DNA of 64,000 nt, taken from the NCBI GenBank assembly GCA_044345855.1, contig JBIJAG010000002.1, positions 60,715 through 124,714 on the forward strand. The letters are read 5' to 3'. Position numbers and translations under genes: made by a program. The DNA is from Cyanobium sp. Lineage in GTDB: Bacteria; Cyanobacteriota; Cyanobacteriia; PCC-6307; Cyanobiaceae. The notes under the pieces are model-generated. The model was not told the origin of the DNA. It saw only the letters and a list, made by a program, of their open reading frames with translations, and searched no databases. Shown one piece after another: positions 1-12,778 of the stretch. Position 1 is the first letter of the stretch. Each line of letters opens with the position of its first letter.

Positions 1-900
1 AAGCAGGATGAGGAACAGGTGCGCCAGGCGGGTGGACTGCACGTGATCGGCACCGAGCGGCATGAGTCGCGCCGAGTCGACAATCAGCTCCGGGGGCGGG
101 CTGGGCGACAGGGCGACCCGGGCAGCACCCGTTTCTTCCTCTCATTGGAGGACAACCTGCTGCGCATCTTTGGTGGCGAACGAGTGGCCAGCCTCATGAA
201 TGCCTTCCGGGTGGAGGACGACATGCCGATCGAATCGGGGATGTTGAACCGCTCGCTGGAGGGGGCGCAGAAGAAGGTTGAAACCTACTACTACGACATT
301 CGCAAGCAGGTGTTTGAATACGATGAAGTGATGAATAAACAGCGCAAGAATATCTATGCTGAGCGCCGTCGTGTTCTCGAGGGCCGTGGCCTCAAGCAGC
401 AGGTGATCGGTTATGGTGAGCGCACCATTAACGATATTGTTGATGCCTACGTTAATCCCGACTTGCCGCCTGAGGAGTGGGATCTAGAGCAGGTGGTGAG
501 CAAGGCCAAAGAGTTCGTTTATTTGCTCGAGGATTTAGCGCCCGAGCAGCTACAGGGCCTCACCCTCGATGAGCTAAAAGCTTTCCTTCAGGAGCAGATG
601 CGTAATGCCTACGACATCAAGGAAGGCCAGGTCGAGCACGCCCGCCCTGGATTGATGCGCGAAGCCGAGCGCTTCTTCATCCTGCAGCAGATCGACACCC
701 TCTGGCGTGAGCACCTGCAGGCAATGGATGCCTTGCGGGAATCTGTGGGTCTGCGGGGCTATGGCCAGAAGGATCCGCTGATTGAATACAAGAACGAGGG
801 TTATGACATGTTCCTCGACATGATGATTCAGATGCGTCGCAACGTGATCTACTCAATGTTCATGTTCCAGCCCCAGGTTCCCCAGGAGGTCACGGTCTGA
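1..900 (+). CDS. secA: Preprotein translocase ATPase SecA, C-terminal part (5' end outside window)
   Basis: Frame 1 is open from base 1. The translation contains [49 protein letters not shown], a conserved SecA region. Stop at 898-900. Confidence 0.9.
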   Translation, partial: KQDEEQVRQAGGLHVIGTERHESRRVDNQLRGRAGRQGDPGSTRFFLSLEDNLLRIFGGERVASLMNAFRVEDDMPIESGMLNRSLEGAQKKVETYYYDIRKQVFEYDEVMNKQRKNIYAERRRVLEGRGLKQQVIGYGERTINDIVDAYVNPDLPPEEWDLEQVVSKAKEFVYLLEDLAPEQLQGLTLDELKAFLQEQMRNAYDIKEGQVEHARPGLMREAERFFILQQIDTLWREHLQAMDALRESVGLRGYGQKDPLIEYKNEGYDMFLDMMIQMRRNVIYSMFMFQPQVPQEVTV

Positions 901-954
901 GGCCGCATGCTGTGCGGTGCGGCTGACCCGTTTTGCTGTCTCAGCTCAAGACCC

Positions 955-1710
955 TTAAGTGGGCCCTCCCCGCTGACCGTCATCACCCAGGAACTCCAGG
1001 ATCTCCCGGTCCTTGAGGTTCTGCGCCTTGCCCCCGCATCCCTCCAGTAGCGGCCTCCCGGCCGCCACCTCCCGCAGGCAGGCCTGGGTGCGGGCCAGCT
1101 CGCTCTCGAGGGTGTCGATCCGCTCCATCAAGTTGCGGATCACCCGGGCTTCGGCATCGGGCAGGGCTGAGTGCGCCAACGGATCAATCTTCACCCCCGA
1201 TTGGTGGATCACCCGCCCTGGGATTCCCACCACCGTGCTGTCGGCAGCCACATTGCGCAGCAGCACCGAGCCCGCTCCGATCCGTGTATTGGCTCCCACC
1301 GTGATCGCCCCCAGCACCTTGGCGCCGGCTCCCACCACCACGTTGTCCTCCAGGGTTGGGTGGCGCTTGCCATGCATCTTGCCCGTGCCCCCAAGGGTCA
1401 CTCCCTGGTACAGCAGGCAGTTGTTGCCAACCACAGCCGTTTCACCGATCACTAACCCCATGCCGTGGTCGATGAACACCCCCTTGCCGATCCGCGCACC
1501 GGGATGAATTTCGATACCAGTGATCCAGCGGCCGAATTGGCTGATCAGCCGCGGCAGCAACGGCACCTCTAGACGCCAGAGGCGGTTGCTCAGCCGGTGC
1601 AGGGCCAGGGCGTGCAGGCCTGGATAGCAGAGCAGGATCTCCAGCGAGCTGCGGGCCGCCGGGTCACGTTCCCTGATGGTGGCCAGCTGGGCCCGGATCG
1701 TGTTGAGCAT
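955..1710 (-). CDS. cysE: Serine O-acetyltransferase
   Basis: Hexapeptide-repeat segment GARIGKGVFIDHGMGLVIGETAVVGNNCLLYQGVTLGGTG plus a SAT-type N-terminus (MLNTIRAQLATIRERDPAA). Start placed at the internal ATG at 1710 rather than the ORF-track start at 1791. Confidence 0.85.
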   Translation of the reverse strand: MLNTIRAQLATIRERDPAARSSLEILLCYPGLHALALHRLSNRLWRLEVPLLPRLISQFGRWITGIEIHPGARIGKGVFIDHGMGLVIGETAVVGNNCLLYQGVTLGGTGKMHGKRHPTLEDNVVVGAGAKVLGAITVGANTRIGAGSVLLRNVAADSTVVGIPGRVIHQSGVKIDPLAHSALPDAEARVIRNLMERIDTLESELARTQACLREVAAGRPLLEGCGGKAQNLKDREILEFLGDDGQRGGPT

Positions 1711-1720
1711 GCGATCAGGC

Positions 1721-2710
1721 TCAGGCGGCCAACAGCCCGATTTCCTTACGCAGCTGATCGATTGTGGCGGTGCCCAGATAGCTCTGGGCACAGTGCACCA
1801 CCGGCAGCCGCATCAGCTGGGCGCGATTCTGGCGCAGGGTCTGCTCCACCAGGGGCAGGCTGGGGCGGTCGCAGAGCACGTGGCTGGAGGCGCGGAGCAG
1901 GGCCAGTAGGCGGCTGCCGATGTCTGGATTGGCGGTCATCACCAGCAGTTCGTTGCCGCGCATCGAGTGCAGGATCACCTCAGCGGCCCGCAGGATGCCG
2001 GGGCTGATGCTCACCAGTCCCACACAGCTTCCCTGACGCAGTTCCTTGAGCAGGTCGAGTTCGTGGCGAAAGTCGTTGAGGTCCACCGGCACGGCCCGCA
2101 CGCCGTGGCGTTGGGCAATCGCCTCCACGGGTTGCAGAAAGTAGCGGCTGGTGACCACCGTGCCTTTGCTGGAGCTCTCCAGCACCGATTCGAGCTCCTC
2201 CATCGGCACCACCTCCACCGGCACCTCCAGGCTGGGGGTGAGCTCCTCGGCGATCAGCATCGAGGCGCCGATGTCTTCCCGGGGGGTGCTCACCAGCACC
2301 CGGGCGCCGCAGCGGAGGCGCCAGTCGATCTCTCGGGTGAGCAGCTCACGGGCTTGTTGCAGGGTGCAACCGGCGTTAAGCAATCCGTCCACGCTCTGGC
2401 GCACCTCCCGGTCGATGTCGGGCATGGCCTTGCTACGCAGGCCCGGGGGTGGCTTGAGTTCGCGGGGCTTCTGCTGGTCTCGCACATAGATCCCCGAGCC
2501 GGCCATGGCCTCCACCACGCCATCGGTTTCGAGTTGGCGGTAGACCTTGCTGATCGTGTTGCGGTGCAGGCCGGTCTGCATGGCCAGCTGGCGCGTGCTC
2601 GGCAGGCGATGGCCCGGGGGGTAGTGGCGGGCCGCGATCGCGAAGCAGATCTGGTTGTACAGCTGGGTTGAAGCCGGAATGTCGCTTTCCTGCTGGATGT
2701 GGAATCGCAC
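1721..2710 (-). CDS. GntR-family transcriptional regulator with C-terminal ligand-binding-like domain
   Basis: Winged-HTH signature LPSTRQLAMQTGLHRNTISKVYRQLETDGVVEAMAGSGIYV near the N-terminus. Start uncertain; GTG at 2710 is proposed. The ORF-track extension to 3079 is Pro/Gly/Arg-rich read-through. Confidence 0.7.
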   Translation of the reverse strand: MRFHIQQESDIPASTQLYNQICFAIAARHYPPGHRLPSTRQLAMQTGLHRNTISKVYRQLETDGVVEAMAGSGIYVRDQQKPRELKPPPGLRSKAMPDIDREVRQSVDGLLNAGCTLQQARELLTREIDWRLRCGARVLVSTPREDIGASMLIAEELTPSLEVPVEVVPMEELESVLESSSKGTVVTSRYFLQPVEAIAQRHGVRAVPVDLNDFRHELDLLKELRQGSCVGLVSISPGILRAAEVILHSMRGNELLVMTANPDIGSRLLALLRASSHVLCDRPSLPLVEQTLRQNRAQLMRLPVVHCAQSYLGTATIDQLRKEIGLLAA

Positions 2711-2987
2711 GCCGGGGTGGGCCAGATCAACTGCCGGCCACCCTAAGGAGCTTTGGCCCCGGTGACAATTGTTCCGTTGGCATAACGCCATGTGCCGGGG
2801 TGTGCCAGGCGGCCCAGCCATGATGCGGCGGTTGGCCCTTGGGGTGGACTCTCCGCCGGCTGGCCCTGGGGTGCTGCGATCCCCCGCCGGCCCCCATCCC
2901 CCTTCCGGACGCTTGTGCTGGCGGTCGTCGCAAGTGGCGTTGCCTCCCGTCGGCGCAGGATGGGAATCCTCCTTTCGATGCCGTGCG

Positions 2988-3791
2988 ATGGCTCCCATAC
3001 CTGCCCTCCCCGGTCCCATCCGGGCCGAATGGGTCACGGTTCCGGTGGGCGCCGGCGCCGGCGTTCCCGAGCTGGCCATGCCGGCTTGGTGGGCGCGTCC
3101 CGCCGAGGGCGAGCCGCGCGGCGCGGTGCTGGTGCTGCCGGAGGTGTTCGGGGTGAATGCTTGGGTGCGCAGCGTGGCGGATCGGCTGGCGGGGGAGGGC
3201 TATGGCGCCCTGGCGATCAGCACCTTCTCGCGCACCGCTCCGGCCCTGGATCTGGGCTACGACGCCGAGGGTCTGGCCCTTGGCCGTGAGCATCGTGATC
3301 AGGTGACCGCGGACCAGCTGCTCGCTGATGCGGCGGCGGCGGCGGCCTGGCTGCGGCAGCGCCATGGCACCGATCGGCTTGGTTGTGTGGGGTTCTGCTT
3401 CGGGGGCCACCTGGCTCTGATCGCCGCGACCCTGCCCTGTTTTGCCGCCACCTGCGACTTCTACGGGGCGCGGGTGGCGAGTTTCCGTCCCGGAGGCGGC
3501 ACCCCCAGCCTGGAGCTCGTGGAGGCCATTCTCGGCCGTTTGTGGTGCTTCTGTGGCGGAGCCGATCCGCTCATGCCACCCGAGGAGGTCGCCGCTATTG
3601 AGGCGGCCCTCACGGCCGCCAACGGGGGCCGCCCGGCCCGGGAGCCCGGGGGGCGCCACCGGCTGATCGTGGCGCCCGGGGCTGGCCATGGCTACCTCTG
3701 CGAGGCCCGAGCCGACTTCGACCCCGAGGGAGCTCGCCAGGGCTGGAGCGCCATGCTCGACCTCTTCGCCGAGATGCAGGTCAACAGCTGA
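2988..3791 (+). CDS. Dienelactone hydrolase family protein
   Basis: AVLVLPEVFGVNAWVRSVADRLAGEGYGALA, nucleophile-elbow-like GFCFGGH and a C-terminal GHGY motif. ATG at 2988 chosen (MAPIPALPGPIRAEWVTVPVG). Confidence 0.75.
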   Translation: MAPIPALPGPIRAEWVTVPVGAGAGVPELAMPAWWARPAEGEPRGAVLVLPEVFGVNAWVRSVADRLAGEGYGALAISTFSRTAPALDLGYDAEGLALGREHRDQVTADQLLADAAAAAAWLRQRHGTDRLGCVGFCFGGHLALIAATLPCFAATCDFYGARVASFRPGGGTPSLELVEAILGRLWCFCGGADPLMPPEEVAAIEAALTAANGGRPAREPGGRHRLIVAPGAGHGYLCEARADFDPEGARQGWSAMLDLFAEMQVNS

Positions 3792-3903
3792 CGGTCCCAG
3801 GCCGACACGGCAGGCCGCTCCGATGGTTCGGAAGGTGGATCCAACGCCAGGCAGCTCTCATGGCCCCCAGTGCGGCATTGGGGATGAGGCGGTTGGGCTG
3901 GCT

Positions 3904-4515
3904 TCAGCCCTGGGTGGAGGTGGGAACTGGGGCTGCAGCGGCTGGTTTGGCAGCGGGTTTGCCCACCGCCTGCTTCCGGGGGCTGAGGAACATGATCATG
4001 TTGCGGCCTTCCCGCTTGGGATGCTGCTGGATCTCGGCATTCTCCTCAAGGTCCTTGGCCATGCGCAGCAGCAGCACTTCGGCCAGGGCGGTGTGCTGGA
4101 TCTCACGGCCCCGGAAGATCACGGTGCACTTCACCTTGTCCCCCGCCTTGAGGAAGCGCACCGCCTGACCGATGCGCACCTGGTAGTCGTGCGAGTCGAT
4201 CTTGTAACGCATCTTCACCTCCTTGACCTCGGTCTGGTGCGATTTCTTCTTGGCCTCCTTGGCCTTCTTCTCCTGCTCAAACTTGTATTTGCCGTAATCC
4301 ATCACCCGACAGACGGGCGGGTCGGCCTTCTCGCTCACCAGCACCAGGTCGAGCTCTCGGTCCTTGGCCACCTCCAGAGCCGCTTCCCGGGTTATCACCC
4401 CCAGCTGACTGCCGTCGGCATCCACAACCCGGAGGTTGGGGTAGCTGATGCGTTCGTTGATGTTGGGCAGCTCCCGCACGGGAGCACGGCGGTCAAAACG
4501 CGGACGGGGGGGCAT
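3904..4515 (-). CDS. infC: Translation initiation factor IF-3
   Basis: [23 protein letters not shown]...[24 protein letters not shown]...[41 protein letters not shown] at 4515 is preceded in frame by TTG at 4518. Confidence 0.9.
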   Translation of the reverse strand: MPPRPRFDRRAPVRELPNINERISYPNLRVVDADGSQLGVITREAALEVAKDRELDLVLVSEKADPPVCRVMDYGKYKFEQEKKAKEAKKKSHQTEVKEVKMRYKIDSHDYQVRIGQAVRFLKAGDKVKCTVIFRGREIQHTALAEVLLLRMAKDLEENAEIQQHPKREGRNMIMFLSPRKQAVGKPAAKPAAAAPVPTSTQG

Positions 4516-4535
4516 CAAGAAGGGCTGATGAACGC

Positions 4536-5624
4536 TTACCCTAGAACGTTCTGGGCCAGCATCAGAACTTCTTGCAGCAGATCGCCACCCAGCGGTCTTG
4601 CTTCAGTCCCAGAGAAGACTTCTCCCCCTGGCTCCGAGTCAGCCTCTGAGCCGGATTTTTCGTTGAGGCCCGCTGGGTGCCCTCCGAGGTCCTCCAGCGC
4701 CTTGTTTCCTGGCACCGTTCCCAGCCAGAGAGGCTGGTGGCGCCTCCTGAACCAGGTGAGTTGGCGCTTGGCGTACTGGCGGGTGCGCCGTTCGGTGAGG
4801 GCGATCGCTTGGGCGTGTTCCAGCTCGCCCGCAAGCAGCTGGCGAGCTTCGGCGTAGCCCATGGTGTCGAGCAGGGGGCAGGTCGGCCCGAAGCGCTCCA
4901 GCAACGCTGCCGTTTCCTCCACCAGCCCGTCCTGGTACATGCGGCGGGTGCGCCGGTGGATGCGCTGACTCAGATCCGGCGGATTGAGGCCCAGTTCCAG
5001 GATCCGCCAGGCCGGCGGCCGCTGACCCTGCTGACTGGAGAGGGGCCGGCCGGTGGCGTAGAGCACCTCCAGGGCCCGCTGGGTACGCACGGCATCGGCC
5101 GGCATGATTCGCGCCGCCGCCGTCGGGTCCGCCCGAGCCAGCAGGCCATGGCAGAGGGGCTGGCCGAGCGCCGCCAGCTGGGCCCGCAGGGCTGGCTGAG
5201 GGGGGACCGCCGGGGGCGTCAGGCCCGCCAGCAGCGCTTGGAGATAGAGGCCGCTGCCGCCCACCAGCAGGGCCACGCCGCGGCGGCGGTGTTCCGCGGC
5301 GATGGCGGCCTGGGCCAGTTGGGAGAATTCCTGAAGATTGATCGGCTGGTCGGGATCGCGCAGATCAAGGAGTTCGTGCCGCACGCGGCGCCGCTGGGCG
5401 GCGGTGGGCTTGGCGGTGCCCACATCCATCCCCCGGTAGAGCTGGCGGGAATCCACCGAGATCACCGCCAGATCAAGGGCCTCGGCCAGCTCCAGGGCTA
5501 GGTCGGTCTTGCCGCTAGCGGTGGGCCCCATCAGGGCGATGGTCACGGGCTGGAATGCCCTTGAGGCTTCGCCCGCCTCCGCCGGAGCGTGGCCAGTGGT
5601 GTCCGGAATGCTGGGTTTGTTCAT
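4536..5624 (-). CDS. miaA: tRNA dimethylallyltransferase
   Basis: P-loop [21 protein letters not shown] and [23 protein letters not shown] at 5624 (MNKPSIPD). Long C-terminal tail compared with typical MiaA. Confidence 0.9.
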   Translation of the reverse strand: MNKPSIPDTTGHAPAEAGEASRAFQPVTIALMGPTASGKTDLALELAEALDLAVISVDSRQLYRGMDVGTAKPTAAQRRRVRHELLDLRDPDQPINLQEFSQLAQAAIAAEHRRRGVALLVGGSGLYLQALLAGLTPPAVPPQPALRAQLAALGQPLCHGLLARADPTAAARIMPADAVRTQRALEVLYATGRPLSSQQGQRPPAWRILELGLNPPDLSQRIHRRTRRMYQDGLVEETAALLERFGPTCPLLDTMGYAEARQLLAGELEHAQAIALTERRTRQYAKRQLTWFRRRHQPLWLGTVPGNKALEDLGGHPAGLNEKSGSEADSEPGGEVFSGTEARPLGGDLLQEVLMLAQNVLG

Positions 5625-5790
5625 GGGGCGTTGGGAGGGGCGCTCAGGGCACGGATCCCGGTTTGCTTGCAGGGGCCGCGCCAGCAACGGCGGCGGGCGC
5701 GGCCTGGGGCCTGTTCCGAACCCGATTCAACCCCCCTGTGAAAACGGCCCCCAGGGGCCCTTGGCTGGCGCCTGGAGGCCGCGGTGGTAA

Positions 5791-7868
<2,078 letters not shown>

Positions 7869-7869
<1 letters not shown>

Positions 7870-8192
7870 TGCCAGTCCTCGGCCCGCTGCAGACGGTCGC
7901 TGTGCTCGGCTTTGCCCTGGTCGCGCCTGCCGCCTTGCCCGCGGGCGGTGCCGAGTGCCGTCCAGTGGAGGTGCGCCGCAGGCAGGGTCGTGAACCCCTC
8001 CTGGCTACCGGTTCAGTGGCCTTGCGCTGTGCCCCTGAACAGCAAGCCCCGGTGCTCACCCAGCTGCCCTCCGGCGAGCCTTTGCAGGTGGTGCGGCGCT
8101 GGCGGTCGCCCCGGGGGCGGCAGTGGTTCCAGGTGCAGACCAATCCAGGAGTCGGCGAGGCCGGTCGGCGCGGCTGGATCGCCGTCTTGTAA
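7869..8192 (+). CDS. Small hypothetical protein with signal-like N-terminus and SH3-like C-terminal half
   Basis: The ATG overlaps the gyrB stop (TGATG at 7867-7871). N-terminus is hydrophobic (LQTVAVLGFALVAPAALPAGGA). The C-terminus (VLTQLPSGEPLQVV...WFQVQT...GWIAV) resembles bacterial SH3 domains. Could also be a GC-rich chance ORF. Confidence 0.4.
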
Positions 8193-8314
8193 GGCCGGAA
8201 CTGCCTGGGTCCAAAGGCTGGCCCGCGATCGGGGCTGTTCTGAGCGCCGTCGCGAGGATTCTGCTAGGTGCCACTTGCAGGGGTGAGCAAGTTGGCATGA
8301 TCCACTTGGTGTGG

Positions 8315-8794
8315 TCAAGCAGAAAGAGCCGCTTCGATCGCTGCGATCAGTTCGGGTGCTTCCGGGTCGACACCGCTCTTGAAGCGCCCGAAGACGATCC
8401 CATCGCGGCCCACCAGGAACTTCTCAAAGTTCCAGGCCACATCGCCGGCAGGCTCGGCCTTGGTGAGGGTGAGGTACGGCTCGGTCTTGCTGCCCGTGGC
8501 ATGCACCTTGTCGAACAGCTCAAAGTTGGCGCCGTAGGTGGTGGAACAGAAGCTCTGGATCTCCTCCAGCGTGCCCGGCTCCTGACCGCCGAAGTCGTTG
8601 CAGGGGAAGCCCAGCACCGCCAGCCCGCGGGGGCCGTAGCTGTCCTGGAGCTTCTGCAGGCCGGCGTATTGACGGGTGAAGCCGCAACGGCTGGCCACGT
8701 TCACGATCAGCAGCACCTTTCCGGCCCAGTCCCCCAGCGTCCGTTCCTCACCGGCGGCGGACCGCACCACCACATCGCTCACGTTCAGGGCCAT
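8315..8794 (-). CDS. gpx: Glutathione peroxidase
   Basis: GKVLLIVNVASRCGFTRQY, LGFPCNDFGGQEPG and WNFEKFLVGRDG motifs. ATG at 8794 preferred; an alternative upstream ATG lies at 8821. Confidence 0.85.
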   Translation of the reverse strand: MALNVSDVVVRSAAGEERTLGDWAGKVLLIVNVASRCGFTRQYAGLQKLQDSYGPRGLAVLGFPCNDFGGQEPGTLEEIQSFCSTTYGANFELFDKVHATGSKTEPYLTLTKAEPAGDVAWNFEKFLVGRDGIVFGRFKSGVDPEAPELIAAIEAALSA

Positions 8795-9017
8795 GGATTG
8801 ATCCGGCAGAGTCGACGACATTCGACCTTAATGGCCTGCTCCATGGGCGGCCGGCGGGGGCATGGTTCCATCGATCGTGCTCCCCTTGGGCCAAAAGCCG
8901 CTTCGGATCAGCAGTCCGGCGTGTTCGGTCCGCGGCAAATCGCCGGATTTTCTGGAATCTGAGAGAGGTTCACACTTCTTTAGGTTACGCTTTACACACC
9001 GTTAAGCCCCTGGGCCC

Positions 9018-10127
9018 GTGATTGTCGCCTCTTCCCTTGAGCGCCTCACCTCCGACCTCGCCACCACCACCTCCCTGCGTTCCCTGGGGTTTCCTTCAGG
9101 CGTGCCCGATCGGAACGATGGCTCTGACCCCCGGCCCGATCCCGAGCCCATGATGGCCTCGCCTGCTCGGGTCATGCCCTCGATCGACGGCGACCTAGTG
9201 CGCTCCTACCTGCGGGACATCGGCCGGGTGCCTCTCCTGAGCCATGAGCAGGAGATCACCCTGGGTCGTCAGGTGCAGGAGCTGATGGCGCTGGAGGAGC
9301 TGCGGGAGGAGCTCACGATGCGCTCCGGCGGAGAGGAGCCCAGCGAAGCGCAACTGGCCGAGGCGGCCGGCCTGGCGCCCGCGCAGCTGAAGCGCCGCCT
9401 GCAGGGTGGTCGCCGCGCCAAGGAGCGCATGGTGGCGGCGAACCTGCGGCTGGTGGTGAGCGTGGCGAAGAAGTACACCAAGCGGAACATGGAACTGCTG
9501 GACTTGATCCAGGAGGGCACGATCGGCCTGGTGCGGGGCGTGGAAAAGTTCGACCCGACGCGGGGCTATAAGTTTTCGACTTATGCGTACTGGTGGATCC
9601 GCCAGGGGATCACGCGGGCGATCGCGGAGAAGAGCCGCACGATCCGTTTGCCGATCCACATCACCGAAACGCTGAACAAGCTGAAGAAGGCGCAGCGGGA
9701 GTTAAGCCAGGAGCTGGGCCGGACCCCCACGGTGGGCGAGCTGGCGGTGGCGGCGGAGCTTCCGGAGGAGGAGGTGAAGGATCTGCTGTGCCGGGCCCGT
9801 CAGCCGGTGAGCCTGGAGACGAAAGTGGGGGATGGCGAGGATACGGAACTGCTGGATCTGCTGGCGGGGGAAGGGGCGGGCCCCGAGGAGATGGTGACGG
9901 GCGAATGCCTCAAGGGCGACTTGCGGGCGCTGCTGGAGCAGCTGCCGGAGTTGCAGGCACGGGTGCTGAGGCTGCGTTATGGGATGGAGGGGGATGAGCC
10001 CATGAGCCTCACCGGTATTGGCCGGATCCTCGGGATCAGCCGGGATCGGGTGCGCAATCTTGAGCGCGACGGTCTTGCCGGCCTGCGGCGTCTCAGTCCT
10101 GCGGTAGAGGCCTACGTGGCCTGCTGA
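9018..10127 (+). CDS. RNA polymerase sigma-70 family factor (group 2 type)
   Basis: Regions 1.2 to 4 are recognisable: [87 protein letters not shown] and [23 protein letters not shown]. Start is either GTG at 9018 or ATG at 9150. Confidence 0.85.
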   Translation: MIVASSLERLTSDLATTTSLRSLGFPSGVPDRNDGSDPRPDPEPMMASPARVMPSIDGDLVRSYLRDIGRVPLLSHEQEITLGRQVQELMALEELREELTMRSGGEEPSEAQLAEAAGLAPAQLKRRLQGGRRAKERMVAANLRLVVSVAKKYTKRNMELLDLIQEGTIGLVRGVEKFDPTRGYKFSTYAYWWIRQGITRAIAEKSRTIRLPIHITETLNKLKKAQRELSQELGRTPTVGELAVAAELPEEEVKDLLCRARQPVSLETKVGDGEDTELLDLLAGEGAGPEEMVTGECLKGDLRALLEQLPELQARVLRLRYGMEGDEPMSLTGIGRILGISRDRVRNLERDGLAGLRRLSPAVEAYVAC

Positions 10128-10312
10128 GAGCTCTGGTTTCCTCGTTCGAGCCGGGTTGCTGAGGCCCGTCTCCTTTGGGGAGAGGTCCTAGTGTTGATGA
10201 ACGTGGAGTCCCGGCAATGGCTGTTGGGCGACCCGTTTACGGTTCAGGCGAGGACGGCATGGCTTCCGACGGTGGGCTCCGGGACCCTGGGGAGGCTGCC
10301 CTTGAAGGGTCG

Positions 10313-11071
10313 ATGGAGGTACTGGAACTGTTTCCCCGCTATCTGCTTAAGGGATGCCTCCCCGCTGCTCTTCTCAGCAACCTTCAGGTCATGGCGGCAG
10401 CGGTGCTCGCCGATCCCGACTCCCATCCCGATGCCGCGCCGAAACTGGCAGGCCAGCTGTCGCTGCAACGGGAGCTTGGTCCCCAGCAGCCCGCCGCCGC
10501 CGAGCTCTGCAGCACGGTGATCCTTCCGGCCTGCGAGCGCTGGATCCGCCACGTGATCGATCGCCAGCCCTCCCAGGGCCGCGGCCCCTGGACCCCGGGC
10601 CGCTACGGCCTGCAGATGATCGATCTCTGGCTCAACGTGCAGCGTGGAGGCGACTACAACCCCGCCCACACCCACGGCGGCAGCTTCTCCGGTGTGTTGT
10701 ACCTGAAGGTGCCACCCCAGATCCGCTCTGACAGTTTTGATGGCCAGCTCTGTCTCCACGGTCCAGAGGAGTGGCACATCCAGAGCTTCCGCACCGGCAT
10801 GGCCCACTATGTGCTGCCCAGGGCCGGCGATTACTACGTGTTCCCGGCCTGGCAGCCCCATTCGGTGGCGCCCTTCCGCGGCGAAGGCGAGCGTTGGTCG
10901 ATCGCTTTCAATGTGGTGGCGGTGCCAGCGGCGGGAAGGGTGGCGGGCCCTGCCCCGCTGCAGGTGAGCGAGGGTCGCGGGGCAGCCCCACCGCGGACTC
11001 CCCCGACTCCCCAGCCTGGCTCCAATGTCTCCCTTTCCAATGCTCGGCCGCGACCCGGAGGGTTCGGGTGA
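10313..11071 (+). CDS. Putative 2OG-Fe(II) oxygenase-like conserved protein
   Basis: LNVQRGGDYNPAHTHGGSFSGVLYLKVP ... YYVFPAWQPHSVAPFRGEGERWSIAFNV is an H-x-H...H jelly-roll-like pattern seen in a conserved picocyanobacterial family. ATG at 10313 chosen. The C-terminal 50 aa are low complexity. Confidence 0.6.
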   Translation: MEVLELFPRYLLKGCLPAALLSNLQVMAAAVLADPDSHPDAAPKLAGQLSLQRELGPQQPAAAELCSTVILPACERWIRHVIDRQPSQGRGPWTPGRYGLQMIDLWLNVQRGGDYNPAHTHGGSFSGVLYLKVPPQIRSDSFDGQLCLHGPEEWHIQSFRTGMAHYVLPRAGDYYVFPAWQPHSVAPFRGEGERWSIAFNVVAVPAAGRVAGPAPLQVSEGRGAAPPRTPPTPQPGSNVSLSNARPRPGGFG

Positions 11072-11149
11072 TTCGGCAGTTCCGTTCCTAGAAATGGGCG
11101 CGATGCTTGAATCGCCCGGGTGCATCAAGTATGGTGATCTGTGGCGATA

Positions 11150-12757
11150 ATGCGATCTTTATCGGCCAGGCTTCAAGCTGAGGCCCAGGCGATTGCCGAT
11201 CTGCTGTTGCGAGATCGCTGGCTTCTTATTGGTCTCTTCCTGATCCAATTGGTGGCGTACAGCTACCTGTATACAACCATTGCCTTCGGCAATCATCTCT
11301 TTCCCAATGCCTGGCTGAACTCCTTTCCAAGTTTTAAAACTTGGGGCGAGGGGCGTTGGCTTATGAATGTGATCTTTCTGCTTCAGGGGGGCAGCGGTGT
11401 GCAAAGTGTTCAGATGATTCTGGCCACCCTGCTTCAGGCTTGCAATGCCCTGATATTTCTGCGTCTGCTTGGCATCGAAAAGGCGATGGATGTGATTGTT
11501 CTTGGCGCCATCTTTTGCTTGTATCCAGGTTTTCTTGATTATTATTCTTTCACCTCAGATCATCTAGCCTTTGTGGCTGGCGATAGCCTGGCCCTGCTTG
11601 GCTTTGTGTTGATTGCCCGTCTCCGTGACTTGCCAGACCGCTGCCTTTGCGCTGCCCTGTGCTGGTTTCTTGCGCTCTCGGTCTACGCACCCAAGGTAGC
11701 CCTGATCGGCCTTTTCGTGCTGATGCTTCCTCTGATGAGGCTTTTTGTGGACCCGGCCCTGCAGGGTGCAAAGCAAGCGCTCACGCCCGAGATCTGCTGG
11801 CCGGAATCCCGTTCCCGAAGGGAGCGGGCAGGGGAGGACTTGCTGGTGGGCATTGGGGCCATGGGTCTGGCCTTGGTGATGTTCTGGCTCAGTACCAAGC
11901 TCCTGGTCACCAGCCCCATCCCCGTGAGCAACTATCTCAACACGGCTCCTGAGGCGTTTGCTGAGATTGTCTCCTCCTATCGCCATTGGCTCGTGGTGAT
12001 GCTGGATGGTGTGGCTTCCGGATCCCGGGTGTTCGCCGTGCTTCCTCTGCTGGTCGTTCTGATCGGCTTTGCCCTGATGCTCTGGAGAGCTCTGAAACAG
12101 GACTGGCAGCTCGGCCTGCTTACAGCCGTTGTGCTGTTGCTGATCCCTCTGGCGCTTCACCTCACCTGGATACTCAACCGATTAACCCCGCCATACGGGG
12201 GGCGATTTGTCACGGCCTACGCCTATCTCTTGGTTTTCTGTCTCTCTCTGCTGGTGCTAGTGCGCCGCATTCGCAGGGTTGCTGTTGTGCTGGCTGGTCT
12301 TCTGTTCTGGTGCTATTTCGTTTTGGCTTCACAGATGACCCAGGCTATCCAGATCAAGACCGTCTATGAGCTCGGGTTCATCAATCGCCTTGTGACGCGG
12401 ATAGAGCCTCTCTTGGTTGGCGACCCTAACGCGCCTCAGCCTGTAGTGGTTTTCGGCGGTTACCCGAAGTTTACGCTCAATAACTATGTCAGTTGGCCTA
12501 TCGAAGTCAATCTACCCCAGTTGCTCAGTACCGATGCGTTTGCCGAATTCCGCCAGGTAGACATCCTTAATGTTGTGCTCGGACGAAGGGTTCTGCGTCC
12601 TCCCTTTCCTGCCGAGTCAGAGCAGGCCCGCAGAGCGGCCTCGTTGGTTCAGCCTTGGCCCGGCTCCGGGGCGGTGTTCCGCGAGGGACGGAGTGTGGTG
12701 ATCGTGCTCGAACCTGAAGGGCCGGGACGATCCGTGACTGTTCCGCAGGGCAACTGA
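11150..12757 (+). CDS. Polytopic membrane protein, possibly a GtrC/GtrII-like glycosyltransferase
   Basis: About 12 hydrophobic segments. GC is clearly lower, with more A/T-ending codons than the flanks. N-terminal loop SFKTWGEGRWLMNV. The family assignment is an inference only. Confidence 0.6.
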   Translation: MRSLSARLQAEAQAIADLLLRDRWLLIGLFLIQLVAYSYLYTTIAFGNHLFPNAWLNSFPSFKTWGEGRWLMNVIFLLQGGSGVQSVQMILATLLQACNALIFLRLLGIEKAMDVIVLGAIFCLYPGFLDYYSFTSDHLAFVAGDSLALLGFVLIARLRDLPDRCLCAALCWFLALSVYAPKVALIGLFVLMLPLMRLFVDPALQGAKQALTPEICWPESRSRRERAGEDLLVGIGAMGLALVMFWLSTKLLVTSPIPVSNYLNTAPEAFAEIVSSYRHWLVVMLDGVASGSRVFAVLPLLVVLIGFALMLWRALKQDWQLGLLTAVVLLLIPLALHLTWILNRLTPPYGGRFVTAYAYLLVFCLSLLVLVRRIRRVAVVLAGLLFWCYFVLASQMTQAIQIKTVYELGFINRLVTRIEPLLVGDPNAPQPVVVFGGYPKFTLNNYVSWPIEVNLPQLLSTDAFAEFRQVDILNVVLGRRVLRPPFPAESEQARRAASLVQPWPGSGAVFREGRSVVIVLEPEGPGRSVTVPQGN

Positions 12758-12778
12758 GCTGGAGGTCGTCTTCCACCG

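Noticed and set aside
2711-3079. Longer GntR regulator N-terminus, and the overlapping 2727-3689 minus-strand ORF
   Set aside because: Composition is Pro/Gly/Arg-rich and overlaps the dienelactone hydrolase gene region. The HTH lies right after the proposed GTG at 2710.
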